A DNA stretch of 63,546 nucleotides, the filler included, from Sphaeroforma arctica JP610 (lineage: Eukaryota), in assembly GCF_001186125.1 (NCBI RefSeq). It is 8 parts of 2 records of this genome, joined end to end, with 100 filler letters (N's around TTAATTAATTAA, not from the genome) between each part and the next. Parts side by side here need not be neighbours in the genome. Positions count along the whole stretch, not along the records: positions 13,716 to 19,577 come from NW_014040549.1; positions 19,678 to 29,223 come from NW_014040549.1; 6 more parts are not named here. One strand, written 5' to 3'. Shown piece after piece: positions 14,930 through 26,769 of the stretch (the first letter of the stretch is position 1; each line of letters starts with the position of its first letter). A program made the position numbers and the translations under genes. The notes beneath the pieces are model-generated. The model was given only the letters and a program-made list of their open reading frames with translations, did not search any database and was not told the DNA's origin.

Positions 14930-15916
14930 ATGAAGACACACCCGACACTTTCCGATTTGGCTCCACAAGCCCGCCTGTTCCGCCTGCAAAAAAGACCGCG
15001 GTCACAGGCGCCCAATAGCAGCAGTGAGCCTCCCAGCTACCGCTCAAAAGTGGACAAACCTGCAAAACCGAGCCCTAAAAAACGCCCCACCCCACCAGCT
15101 TCTCAGTCCCAATCGCAGCCGCCAGTACCCGAACACCTTTTGACGAAAGTGGTGGGCCGCCCGATGCCGGACAAAACTCTTCATGAAATGGATGACATAA
15201 CTTCGGTATGGCTCTTCTTCAGAGCAATTTTCCCTAACGGCAAGCCCCCATCCCAATCAGTATTTGAAAAATACTGGCATGCCCAACCAGCCCTCAATCG
15301 CCACCACTTTCTCTGGTATCTTCCGTCTAAATCGGTATCTCAACCAAATCGCCGCGGAAGCTCCACCAGTTTCATCCGCTTTTGTGTTCCTAGTGACTAT
15401 GTCGACCAGGTGAAACGACATGCAGCCCTTACGTGGAAATGGCAGCTTGATGAAAACATCGACCCCCGCTCCCAACAACATCCCGACGCTACGAAAGCAG
15501 TTTTAATTCACTATCTCCGCACCAAGCGGGAGGCTCGCTGCACACATGAACAAGCGCCAAAAATTCTTGCCCGCAGCATGGATGCACTACTGAGCCCACT
15601 TGTCAACTCCACTAACGCAGACATCCTCCAATCTACCGCGGACCGCCTCCAGAAGGCTTACCAAGCAAAGCACGATAAAAACCTCTTCTCACTTAACCCG
15701 CGAATCCCGGTAAACGCTAGAGAATCAGCGCATGCGGAACCCGGACGACTTCATATACCAACGGTCTCCCCGAGACAATCATCCGACACGATGGATAGCA
15801 ATACGCAGCCTCAGCTTTCCACGACGGACTCTTCGACGACAGGCAATGATATAGAAATGGCTGACATCCTCAAAGAGGAGAGCCCAGTAGTATTGACCAA
15901 TGATGAACAATGTTAG
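14930..15916 (+). CDS. Putative LINE ORF1 (328 aa; the real N-terminus may start at 14848 in another frame)
   Basis: Intronless ORF directly upstream of and overlapping an APE-like ORF. An upstream frame gives a coiled-coil-like MLTNLCAKTTNLESELRDLK. Confidence 0.5.
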   Translation: MKTHPTLSDLAPQARLFRLQKRPRSQAPNSSSEPPSYRSKVDKPAKPSPKKRPTPPASQSQSQPPVPEHLLTKVVGRPMPDKTLHEMDDITSVWLFFRAIFPNGKPPSQSVFEKYWHAQPALNRHHFLWYLPSKSVSQPNRRGSSTSFIRFCVPSDYVDQVKRHAALTWKWQLDENIDPRSQQHPDATKAVLIHYLRTKREARCTHEQAPKILARSMDALLSPLVNSTNADILQSTADRLQKAYQAKHDKNLFSLNPRIPVNARESAHAEPGRLHIPTVSPRQSSDTMDSNTQPQLSTTDSSTTGNDIEMADILKEESPVVLTNDEQC

Positions 15917-16134
15917 GCCGAATGAGGATGACGCTCTTCAACCCACAAGGACTCAACATGGACAACGCAGCACATACAGATAAGTGTTTGAACGTTATAT
16001 CGATTTTAAGTCAGGTTGATGTTATGTGTGTGGTTGAAACCTGGCATAACACCACATTTCTTAATCATATACGCTCGAACACACACGACCACTTCTTCCC
16101 ATCAATCTTTCCTGAACTACTACAGCGACTATGA
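15910..16134 (+). pseudogene. Truncated LINE ORF2: AP-endonuclease N-terminus fused in frame to the ORF2 C-terminal peptide
   Basis: TLFNPQGL and VDVMCVVETWH resemble the NxxG and DxxxxQETW motifs of APE domains. The ending DHFFPSIFPELLQRL* matches DHFFSSIFPEPLQRL* in the 53 kb copy. Confidence 0.6.
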
Positions 16135-16426
16135 GAGCCATACCATATGTTCATACATTGTATCATACATACTTGCCATTTTTGAAATAAATAATATTAT
16201 CCCTATTAAGAGTACGTTTATAGTTTTATGTACTGCTTAAGAGTACGTTTATAAAGCATGGTCTAATGTGGAGGCCCGGCTATTACACAGCCCCCACCCA
16301 GCTTTGAGACCCAAGAGAGGCTAGTTGCTCACTCAAGCTGATTTTGGGCCAAAAAGCGAGTAAAAGGAAAACGGGTCGAAATATTAAGTGGCATAACATA
16401 TAGTTAATGTTTCTCAGGCGAAGAAC

Positions 16427-17134
16427 TTAAACGTTCTCGGTTACCGTGTGAGTTTTGGGCTTAGGTCCAGTAGGTCCGTGGTGGTCGACTGGATGTTTCT
16501 TTTGCTTCAATGTATTTAAAACATACGAAGGATGAGCAGTAAAGCTCGGGATAAATGCTGTTGGCGGGTAAGTTTTAACTTCTGCGCCTTCAGACGATGG
16601 AAACATGCTATCTCTCTCAGCTTGTGACTTATGTAGACGTTTACGCCATTTTCGATTAAAGACTTTTAAATAGTCTTGATTGTCAAAAGCGTCTGAAGTT
16701 AATTCAGCAATTGTACCGTCTATAAAGCGAGTACGATAGTATGTATATCCTCCTTTATCCGTTCTCCATAGAATATCTTTAAATTCGGAGCGGTCAAGAG
16801 GGACATTAGAATCATGTCTTCTTGCGAGTACAATCTCTGTAGTTGGAATACGAATTGTGCCTATATTAAGCGCACTAGAGCCATCGGGGCTATTTACCTC
16901 GTACGTTCCACTTTTAGTCTCTGCTACAGAGATTGTATATGGACCTATCCATTTAGATGTAAATACAGTAGCATCGGAATTACGTTGACGGATGTTAACT
17001 CTGTCACCGACCTGATACTCTGCTATCTTCTTGGTAGTATTCCAACGCTTTTGCCTTTTTAAAAAGACTATATTGCCTGTTTCGCGCAAGCAAGGATATA
17101 CAACAGTATAATACGTTGTACCTTTTCTAATCAT
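16427..17134 (-). pseudogene. Integrase C-terminus (GPY/F module) plus divergent chromodomain-like region and tail, frameshifted from the core
   Basis: YQVGDRV...KWIGPYTI; then EFKDILWRTDKGGYTYYRTRFIDG...DAFDNQDYL aligns by eye with the family A chromodomain. Confidence 0.75.
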
Positions 17135-17745
17135 GGTAACTCATGGTGATCAGGTTCGTCCTTGTTAAAGGGTATTTGTAACTCACTATATCTGCCACGA
17201 AAATAGTGAGCGGGTGTAGTTCCTGTAACCGGATCAACACACTCGTTCATTTGTGTTTGTACCCACTTAAGGTGGTACGGCCAATCATCTGCATCATCCA
17301 TTAATGCAGTACGCAAGAAGAACTTAAGTCTTCTATGGCGCGTTTCGTTCGCGCCTTGCGTTTGCGGCTTATATGGCACACCTCTCTTATGGCATATGCC
17401 TGATACGAGTACTAGCGATTCCATTACGTCATCGCAGACCTCACTACCGTTATCAGAACACCTAATACCTGGCCACCAGTGGTCAGCAAAGACTTGGCAA
17501 CATAATTCTGCCACGGTCTGCCTATTCTTACCCTTTAATGGATAGAGCAAGTTAAACCGTGACGCCACATCAAAGAAGTGGCATACGTAACGGTCGCCTG
17601 AGTGCTCGGACGTAGGCAGGTCAACCAGATCAATGATTACCCTGCGCCATGGAACATCTTCGGTCACACACTTAAGTGGTGCGCACCCATAGCGCTTGAT
17701 CTGATTGAGATCACAGTCTGTACATAACTGATATACTTTATCCAC
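17131..17745 (-). pseudogene. Retrotransposon DDE integrase core (rve)
   Basis: CTDC zinc-finger half, PWRRVIIDLV, SDNGSE, PYKPQTQGANE: D-D-E triad present. Confidence 0.9.
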
Positions 17746-18163
17746 TAAAGTTGCCAGCTTAGGGTGCGCTAACCCATTTCGCTTGGCATCTTTAAGTGCT
17801 TCTACTACGTTCTAGTGCTTCAGCTTATGATTTTGGTAAAACTGAACTTCCTGGCTGCAGGCCTCGGGTTTGATTTTTATGTTAGAGTACAGTGGTCCGA
17901 AGGTTGGATAAAGAAGCAATCAAAACTCTAGAACATGAAACAGGCGGTTGATCATTGAACACACTTCGAGACTATCAGCAACTCTTAATTTCTCCTATAG
18001 GCAGAGTAAAAGAAGAACAAAACGAGTACTCATTTACAAAATCAAACCAAACAAAATGATTAGCAATCATTAAGGAGCAAGGTGTATTCGAGCGCAACGA
18101 GATTTCGGGGACCCGCAAGCAGATCTCGGAGACAGCAACATGATTCAATGATAATTAGCTGCT

Positions 18164-19577
18164 TTGGTATCACGAGAGGAGGACGGCGGAAGAAAGTGTG
18201 TACCACAAATAGCTGAGTTCAGACTACTATATAATAGCCGACACTCCTTCAATATGGGACAGCCATTCATCATCAACACAAAGCCATACATCGAAGTCTT
18301 ATCATCAAGATGCCTATGCGTCCAGCACCCCTCAGCCCTCGACGCACTCGTCGCGACGGCAAAGCAACCCAGAGACCCTTGTCAGATTTCGAGCAGACCC
18401 ACCAAGGAGGCACAGCTTCTTCGCGCCAGACAGTATCATCACGTCGAAGAGATGAACAACCGCGATATGAACAGACAGACCAAGACATGCGCCAGGCAGC
18501 AAGCAGGCAACATCAGTTGGGACACGGGTCTCGCCTATCAGCAAGAGAGAGAGCAGATCCAGAAGACAGTGAGGTGCAATTTGTGGTTAGGCATACTAGT
18601 CGTTCAAAGTCTGCTGAACCAGCAGCTGAGCGACACAGGATAGCCAACGTCCGAGGCACCTCGGGCATTCGTTCAGCGGGTGATAGGCCGCATTCATGGC
18701 AGTATTTTCATCGAGCACCTGAACGAAATTACACTCAAAAGTGAACTCGATCGGGGAGTTTCACCAGTGCAAGTCAGGATTCCATCGCAGGCAACAGGGA
18801 TGAGCGACCAGTCCAACGGCATAGCAATATGTCAGGGTGGGCCACGGGCACTCGTCAGCAAAAATCTGACGAAATCAGGAGCCGACAGCTAGAGCAATAT
18901 TTGAGCGACCCATATGGGAATTATCGCAGGGAAGCCGAACGAGAACAACTACGTAGACGATGGGAACTCAGCGGACAGCACCGAGACTTCGCGCGATCGA
19001 AACAGGACATGAGCAAGGCTAGTTACCGACAGTAAGCGCAAGTCTAGTGACGTCGACGACGGTAATATTCATGGGAGCACAACCGACCATACAAAGACGA
19101 ACAGGCTAGGGAGCCAATCACGACACCAGCGCAGTGGAACGAGCATCGCCGAGCCGTGTGTCAACGTCTCGAAGGGAAGATTTTGTTCTTTGTGGAAGAA
19201 CTTTGTCGAGCACAGGGAAACTTCGATGTCCCAAGATGTACATTACTAGCATTCACGATCGATACGCTGAAAGGAGCGTTAAATACTCAATTGGAAGCTA
19301 TCCGGAAGAACAGAGCTCCGGAGCCACAGACATGGCCCGATTGGCCTTTTGACCGTTATCAATTGAGCAGCACGACCGATAGGGACACACGAGGGGCGCT
19401 AGAAGAGGCACTGAAGAACGCCCATATCTCAGGACTAGATGAGTCGTGGATGGTACGTTGGTTCTATAAGGTACTCATACATTTAAGGCAGAAAAGACCA
19501 CAATTGACTATCTCCGTGACAACCATAATCAGTTGAGGGTATATCCGGCGGAACAGGTCATAGACCAAATATGTGAA
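18164..19577 (+). pseudogene. Degenerate gag region related to family A, cut by a gap
   Basis: RDTRGALEEALKNAHISGLDESWMVRWFYKVL (19156-19536) is homologous to RDTRWTLLETFENTQIAGLDKSWSLTWFHKIL at 33440, which lies upstream of protease/RT. The 5' limit is approximate. Confidence 0.65.
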
Positions 19578-21466
19578 NNNNNNNNNNNNNNNNNNNNNNN
19601 NNNNNNNNNNNNNNNNNNNNNTTAATTAATTAANNNNNNNNNNNNNNNNNNNNNNNNNNNNNNNNNNNNNNNNNNNNCACCGAAAACATGCTACTTCCTG
19701 TTCGGGCGGAAATACTGGTTGTATCTGTATCTGTCCAGAGGTATAGTTATATGTGTATATATGTAGGGGCCGAGCTCCCTCTCGAGTCCCTGTAGGCTGA
19801 ACACTGCCATAGTGTATCTGTACCCTTGAAGTGTATTGTTTCTGTTTATGTGTGCGCGTGTCGTTGCTGAGATCCCGAGTGGCATTTCCGATATAAAACT
19901 ATATCACCACAGCAGTATTTGTTGACAATATATGTGCATCCTCTAAACGCAAGCTGGTTGTCATCGAGATCATAGTTGGAATATACATACCTGCTGGGTG
20001 TGAAGTGTGCGAGCGCCGTTGGCGGTCCCTCACATGTTTGGTAGTCGTAGCATGCACATGCACCCTGAACTCAATCGAGATTTGTCCAGATGTGCCAGGG
20101 AATACCTGAAATCCAAATGGTTAACCATCAAGACAAAGGGTACCAAAACCATACGCGACTACCCACGAGCACAAACTACACCGCAGTATATATACCTTAG
20201 CGCATATATCTGCACACACGTCGCAATGGACAACAAAGCGAATACATAGCTTGTGACCTTTCAGTACGCCACTAAAGGGACCTGGCTCGTTCAATATCGT
20301 ATCATAGTTCATATATTGCTGTAGCACTCTGGTTCATCAAAGTTGACACAAACTACACAAGCCCGCATATTTTATTATTATACGCCCCTGCATACGGTTA
20401 ACGTGTGATTTGACCCCTGCCTCTTGAAAGCATGAGGCATATGAGATTATTTTATGTAGAGTCCTGGTTAGTCAGTCTATGTATTGTCCTGGTGCACTAC
20501 TATGGACACTGCACGGTTTATACGTTATGGTAGCGGACATACTTATGAGCATCAGTTGCGATACTGGACTTCAGTGCACCTATTAAATATCAGTCGTGGG
20601 ATGCGAACAATTAAAATCGTTCCTCATAATATCGTGTATATGATTCGATCATCCTGGAGTGGTCACCTGGATCTACCCCGCTCGGGCCCGACGCAGGCAC
20701 TAATGTGTGCGATGCTACACCCTATTTCTGAAAGGGCAGTATTTATGCATAAGCCACAGCGGGTTTACAATGTCCTCGACAGAGGTGTGATTTCCCGGCA
20801 GACGGGCAGTTTCCTTTTTAAAGTCGAGATACTGTACCTACAAGTGGTGTTCTCCGATTAATAGTCGCAACCAATGGCACTCGGCGTCTACGGGGGAATG
20901 GCTTACGTGAACACAGACATGGCCAAGGGCCTGATAGCAGCCCAATACTCGCAGCCGGCTCTCCCCAGGTGTTCACAGGTGTGTGTATATTTGCACTTAC
21001 TGTCCTCGGTTTCTGCGTATCTATTTGCACTTCCTGTCCTCGGTTAGTCTGCCTTCTGGCTGCCATTGCAGTGGGGCTTGATGGCCATCCATCGATCATA
21101 CTCGCGCCGTGCTTCACGTCTGTTAGGCAAAACTGTCTTTCGGAACGAACATCGTGTACAAGTCGCAGTGAACGATGTGTATAGTTACATCCGGGAAATT
21201 GTGAAGTTAGATATGAAGTTCGCGTACCAGCACAGAGACAGTGCCGCTAAAGCTGGTGATGTGTGCCATTCGTGTAAGCAGTGAGAAGTCAGTGTGGTAT
21301 ATTCTCGCCTGAGTGCCCTCTCGCGAGGCATGGTCAACCCATGATCTCCGCACAGTGGGCAATAAGCACAGTTAGCATCTGCGACAGCTAAGGCACCCCC
21401 ACAGCACACAACACAATAATTCACTCGTACACACAATGAATTATGCTCTCATGGACGTGCGCGTAC

Positions 21467-21586
21467 GTAGCTGGACCAAACTTTCTCAGTGTTGATTGGC
21501 GAATTGTAGCTAAACCAAACTTTCCCACCAGTGTTGATTGGTGAATTGTAGCTGAACCAAACCTTCCCAGTGTTGATTGGTGAATT
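21467..21586. repeat. Tandem repeat, about 39-42 bp x3
   Basis: GTAGCT..ACCAAACTTTC..CAGTGTTGATTGGTGAATT unit. Confidence 0.85.
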
Positions 21587-21917
21587 TGTGCTGTGTGTAC
21601 TTGTGTTTAGACTGGTACAACCGAGTAGTATGGATTCCAGTTGATCTGATTGGCCAATGGGATTACTCCAATGGCCGCCCACGCGGCATACACCAACCTG
21701 TAGTTGGCACAAGCAGAATGTCATCAATATGGAGTGGCGAAGCTACAACGCATGGATTGACAGATATAAATGAATGATGCAACATATTCCGGATTATACC
21801 ATGCAGTCGAATGTGGAAAATTATTCGTATGACGGCTTTTGCACTACGCGTCGCTATAGGGCCAGGAATTACTGTGAACAGACCTCCAGCGGGCCGTTTG
21901 ATAGTCATATTGCCCAT

Positions 21918-22016
21918 TGGTCTGTTGTATTGTCTAATGGTCTGTCGTATTGTCTAATGGTCTGTCGTGTTGTCTAATGGACTGTCGTATTGTCTAATGG
22001 TCTGTCGTATTGTCTA
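21918..22016. repeat. Tandem repeat, 20 bp x5
   Basis: TGGTCTGTCGTATTGTCTAA unit. Confidence 0.9.
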
Positions 22017-22377
22017 GAACTGGCCACCAAGCCACTATCTTCTTATGGAGTGCCACATGACTATTAGAGGGACATCGATTACTGCATATGCATCAGCCAA
22101 ACTCGAAGTATATACTTCACTCGCTGCTACTATAACGTTACAACTGTACCACAGACGTGCTACACGTTTCCCGATGGTAATCGTGAACATAGCAGAGTAT
22201 AACAACTGATAAAATACAACAAACTTACACGGGCGAAATTTTCAGATCAACACGGGGTTTTTTTGTAAATACACTAGAGTTTCATTCCGCGGGTGGTATT
22301 AAAGATATCATCGCAGGTGAATGTGGCATGTCCAAAGTCATTCCTTCTGGGAGAGCTTTCATCTTATCTACCTCCCA

Positions 22378-22540
22378 ATAGCATATTTACTCTAGGCTAA
22401 GTAAGGTTTACTAAGCCCATTAGCATATTTATTCTAGGCTAAGAAATGTTTACTAAGCTCATTGGCATATTTATTCTAGGCTAAGATAGGTTTACTAAGC
22501 CCATTGGCATATTTATTCTAGGCTAAGCAAAGTTTACTTA
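22378..22540. repeat. Tandem repeat, about 42 bp x4
   Basis: GCATATTTATTCTAGGCTAAG...GTTTACTAAGCCCATT unit. Confidence 0.9.
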
Positions 22541-22653
22541 GCAAAGTCTACTAGGCTGTAGATGGAAATCTGCAACACTCAGTGCAGCTGACAAATATAA
22601 AGTCGACGTACTCCGATACATATCTGATGGCGTACATTTAACAAATGTATGTT

Positions 22654-23170
22654 CTCATGATACCCCTGTATGCTGGGCTTTGCACGTAGAGAGCGCATTA
22701 GCGTGTTATTGTCTACTCGTAACAAGCAACACGATATGAATAACTACTAGTACTATGTACTCATGCTACCACTGTATGCTGGGCTTTGCTTAGGAAGCGT
22801 ATTAGCCTGTTCTTGTCGAGTCGTAACAAGCAACACGATATGAGTAACTACTAGCACTATATACTCATGTTACCACCGTATGCTGGGTTTTGAGTCTAGA
22901 GTGCGTATTAGACTGTCCTAGTCTGCTCGTAACAAGCAACACGATACAAATAACTGCCAATACTATATTTCACGCTACCACTGTATGCTGGGCTTTGCAC
23001 CTACAGAGCGCATAGGCCTATTCTAGTCTACTAGTAACATTCAACACGGTTTGAATAACTACCAATACTCTATCTTATGCTACCCCTGTATCCTGGGCAT
23101 TGCGCCTAATGAGCGTATTAGCCTGTTCTGATCTATTCCTAACAAGCAACACGATAAATATAAGTAACTA
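22654..23170. repeat. Diverged tandem repeat, about 105 bp x5
   Basis: TGTATGCTGGGCTTTG-like anchor at 22667, 22773, 22877, 22982 and 23087; TAACAAGCAACACGAT recurs. Confidence 0.9.
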
Positions 23171-23277
23171 CTGTTGAGAATAAGTGAGGATTTGGTAATT
23201 TTTGTGAGAAAAAACACATCGTTAACTGTATTATACACTCGCACAAGCGACCCCCCTACTAATTATATATGCATCAA

Positions 23278-23424
23278 CATGACTTTGAGCTATACCCGAG
23301 ATAGGTTAGATACTATACATACATAAGCATGACTTTGAGCTATACCCGAGATAGGTTAGATACTATACATACATAAGCATGACTTTGAGCTATACCTGAG
23401 ATATGTTAGATACTATACATACAT
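23278..23424. repeat. Tandem repeat, 50 bp x3
   Basis: CATGACTTTGAGCTATACCCGAGATAGGTTAGATACTATACATACATAAG unit. Confidence 0.92.
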
Positions 23425-24388
23425 ATGTACACCTAGAAAAGTGCAGTCTGGATTCTAAGGTGCTTTGCGTGCACTTACATACTTTTTCTCAGCCAGCCTT
23501 TATAGATATCTGAACAACATGATATCAAGCGCAGAAAAGCGTATACACATACACACATATTGAAAGCACTAGCAGCTACCACATATACGCAGGTTCTTTA
23601 CCCGACTGATCGTACACATACATATCAAGAATGAGCATGCTATCGTATGGTGAATAGCTCTCAGGCACTCGCAACGCGTTGTATATGGTACAGATGGCTG
23701 AACTTAGCACGTACTATACTGTACTGTGTTGATGGATGCATAGTGGTATACTCTCTGCTCACCACATATATCACTTTCATCTGCTCTCGACTATGCGTGC
23801 ATATCTCTTTGCGTAGTGCGAAATGTATAAACGTGTCAGAACTGCAATATGCACACACCGTACACTTACTTCAACCACAGAGATCTATCGGTTAATTTGT
23901 ATAGGACGACTCTATCCAAACCTATTCATGTCCATCTCACCCACCTATATCATCAGATGAGCCCCATATCAGATCCTTGTGTGATCCTGCCATCTTTCAA
24001 TCTTCCTATGCAGAGCCGCTATGGTTCACCATCTCACAGGTAAGCGAATGTTGGGCCGCGAATGCGATAAGATGAAATAAACTGTATAGTATCCAGGGGA
24101 AAGGGGCGAGGGTATGTTCGTGATACAACCCTTTGTGTATGTCGTGCCACGGATTATATGTGCACATAATGCGGAATATATGTGCACACAATGCGGGTGT
24201 AGCTATGTTGCAATACAGTAACGAATAGGTTATTTTAAGCGATGTGTAGGTTCGGTGACAAATAGTATTTACTATGTACTGGCGGCAAAGCTGTAATGGA
24301 ACCCTGTAAATTCTTTTATTCTAAATATTTTAAAAACTCTATCGTGTTTAAAATTAGGTTTCGTTTGGTTTAAATATCGGATGCGATA

Positions 24389-24552
24389 CGATTGTAGGGT
24401 TTTAAGCCAATGTAGGGTTCATTACGGATTGTAGGGTTTTCGGGTTCATTATGGATTGACGATTGTAGGGTTTTAGGGTTCATTACGGATTGTCGATTGT
24501 AGGGTTTTAGGGTCCATTACGGACTGACGATTGTAGGGTTTTATGGTTCATT
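24389..24552. repeat. Minisatellite with telomere-like core
   Basis: GATTGTAGGGTTTTAGGGTTCATTACG-like units about five times. Confidence 0.8.
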
Positions 24553-25929
24553 TCATTCAATAGCTATGCGCCTGATTGTAATTGTTGCAACCAAAAAAAG
24601 GGATTTCAGTACGTATGACGTATGTACATATTTTAAATACAAATTTACACCGCAGTGACAGCATATTCGAGAGAGAGACAAATAGCTGACGCCTATTTCA
24701 TGAACATTGTGACGCGCTTATACTTTGTACAGCACAATATATAGCTTAAAAAGGGGTCGTTTACCTATTCAGACGGTGCAAGTGGAACATCACGATTGCT
24801 ATATTCATATCATTTTTGTCTATCATCTTGATTCCTGTGCATGTAAAGTGCACAGCGATCCCAACATATACAAAGTCCATTTCTATGTAGTATTCGTGTA
24901 CATCGCACATTATTCGTTTAACGGGGGAACGCTGCCTACTCAAAATTCAAATCAATGAAGACTTCGGGTAAATGGAACGCAGCTATATCTTTCATAGTAG
25001 GGCTGATGACCATATAGCTGTCGTTTGCATAGTCGAAGCCGACAATACTAATATTCCAACTATTCCCGGCTTGTGGTGTTTCCTCAGATACATTGAAAGT
25101 ATTCAAACGGAAGAGAATGTGCGACTATAATTACCTTCATCGATATTAACTTTGTATTCGACACCGGCAGCATACTGCCATTTTGTAAGTTGCCTTCGTG
25201 TACAGCCACTCCGCAATGGGTGCGAATTTGATTTAAGTGTAAGTGATAATTCTATTCATATCTATGACGAGAGAGAGTCGAGAATTGCTTTTTACTTGTT
25301 TGGAATCAGCGTATGATTTTTTTCTATACAAAATACCATGTCTCGTATCTATAATATCACATTTCGACTTCCTCTAAAATATTAGTAAAGATAACACAGT
25401 GGGAGATGTGAAACAGGTAGAGGGGATGGACGAGAGTTGGAGTAGGAGAAGTAGGCTCTCTTCATTGTATACCATAGCGACGATATATTGCTTTTCTAGA
25501 TTGAACAAATTTTTGGATTAATTTACACTATCGAGTAAACGAAATTTCTACGTGTTTTTTATATCCAACCTACTTTATATCATTGGGGTAGTAAGGAAAT
25601 AAATCAAACACCAGCATGCATAAGTTACCGGCTGTGGATGCGCACAACACCATAATTGCCGTGGTCTACGATGTATAATGAAACAACATTCTCATGTCCC
25701 TACAAAGTACATGTTTATTGGGTTGATAATGTTCTCATATAGTTATACTCCGCTTCAGAAAGAAATTCATTCATCAAATACGCATACGCAGCACGGACTG
25801 TGCATGCTTACACTCGTGGCCATATCTATCATAAGACCCTACAAAAAATGGATATTGTAGGATGTGTATCAGCTTAATTTCAACTATAAATTTGTCATGC
25901 CCGCGCATGAGTGTTTACTTCTATAGTGG

Positions 25930-26160
25930 TGTAGTAAGTAGTCGAGGATAAATGTATCTCAACGTACTCCCCTCGTACAAGGGGAGACGTTGTTCATTTA
26001 TTTAACTAAATCCTGTGACTATCATTTTGTCACGTGTTTTCCATTGTTCAGTTTTAACCTGATTGGATAAACCCGGTTCAAAATGTAGTCACTAATAAAA
26101 ACCCAAATATTAAATAAACCCTAATCCTAAATAACCCCTATCAGGGACTTCCTGACCACA
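25930..26160 (-). mobile_element. 3' LTR of the methyltransferase-bearing element (PPT at about 26162-26169)
   Basis: TG..CA termini directly after a G-tract; the 3' part (CAACGTCT...ACGTTGAGATACA...TACTTACTACA) matches the other family A LTRs. Confidence 0.8.
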
Positions 26161-26231
26161 ATCCCCCCCAAGCTGAAACACTATGAGTGTGCGAGCTTAA
26201 AAGATTGAAGGAATGCCCTGAAAGCGGTTGC

Positions 26232-26329
26232 GTGCTGGCATTTCTCCTTAGAGAGCTAGAGCATTGTGCTGGCATTTCTCCTCAGAGAGCTAGAGCATTG
26301 TGCTGGCATTTAACCTCCGAGAGCTAGAG
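26232..26329 (-). repeat. Family A 3' UTR tandem repeat, about 34 bp x3 (also at 36521-36619, +)
   Basis: CTCTAGCTCTC..AGG..AAATGCCAGCAC unit in both family A copies. Confidence 0.8.
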
Positions 26330-26436
26330 GGCTCGGTTATTTGTTCACCACTCGAGCTGGTGACTAAACGATAAGTACACGTAACTTAAAACTATCTATT
26401 AACTAAAAAAACAAAACAAAAAACTTTTTTTTCTAA

Positions 26437-26682
26437 CTATAACTGGTCTCTTCGGCGTTTCCGAGCGCGTGTCTGCGTATCCTTATGATATGCCACAATG
26501 TCATTAGCGTCGTCAAAGGCCTCGGCCGTTTTCCAGGTCGGCACCCCCTCACGCCAACGTACCAGGTATTCGAGCTTTCCTGTAACATTATTTGTCCTAT
26601 GTTTGATGATGTGACGGAATGCTGACCCGCCTTCTTGCCAAAGATCATCGTTCAACGGTAGATCTGTACTGCGGTGAACCAA
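26437..26682 (-). pseudogene. Integrase C-terminal chromodomain
   Basis: FRHIIKHR...GKLEYLVRWREGVPTW..AEAF matches the chromodomain pattern I..hR....eYLVkW....TW. Confidence 0.8.
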
Positions 26683-26769
26683 CCGTAGTAACTCAACCCG
26701 TACCGACTTCCCCTTAAACTCCTGGGGAGTGGACCCATCTCTATGTGTAAGGTCATAACCTTGACCGTT

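Larger units (their letters stand above)
14848..16206 (+). mobile_element. Internally deleted non-LTR (LINE-like) retrotransposon: ORF1, AP-endonuclease N-terminus, 3' end
   Basis: Long ORF followed immediately by an APE-like start; the terminal ~120 nt match 53158-53277 (-). The true 5' boundary is unknown. Confidence 0.65.
16203..17790 (-). mobile_element. Family B Ty3/gypsy 3' half: integrase, C-terminal domain, 3' UTR, PPT, truncated LTR (16203-16289)
   Basis: Integrase motifs present; 16203-16420 is the reverse complement of the 3' UTR-PPT-LTR at about 32545-32770. Confidence 0.88.

Noticed and set aside
20007..21436. GC-richer stretch with Cys-rich short ORFs, possible transposase remnant
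   Set aside because: No convincing catalytic motif or terminal repeats by eye.
22654..23170. 105-bp unit as a possible 35-aa PPR-like repeat protein
   Set aside because: Units vary from 104 to 106 bp and all six frames of the unit I translated contain stops.
22378..23424. Repeat arrays as possible CRISPR
   Set aside because: Head-to-tail repeats without unique spacers, no cas genes, eukaryotic context.
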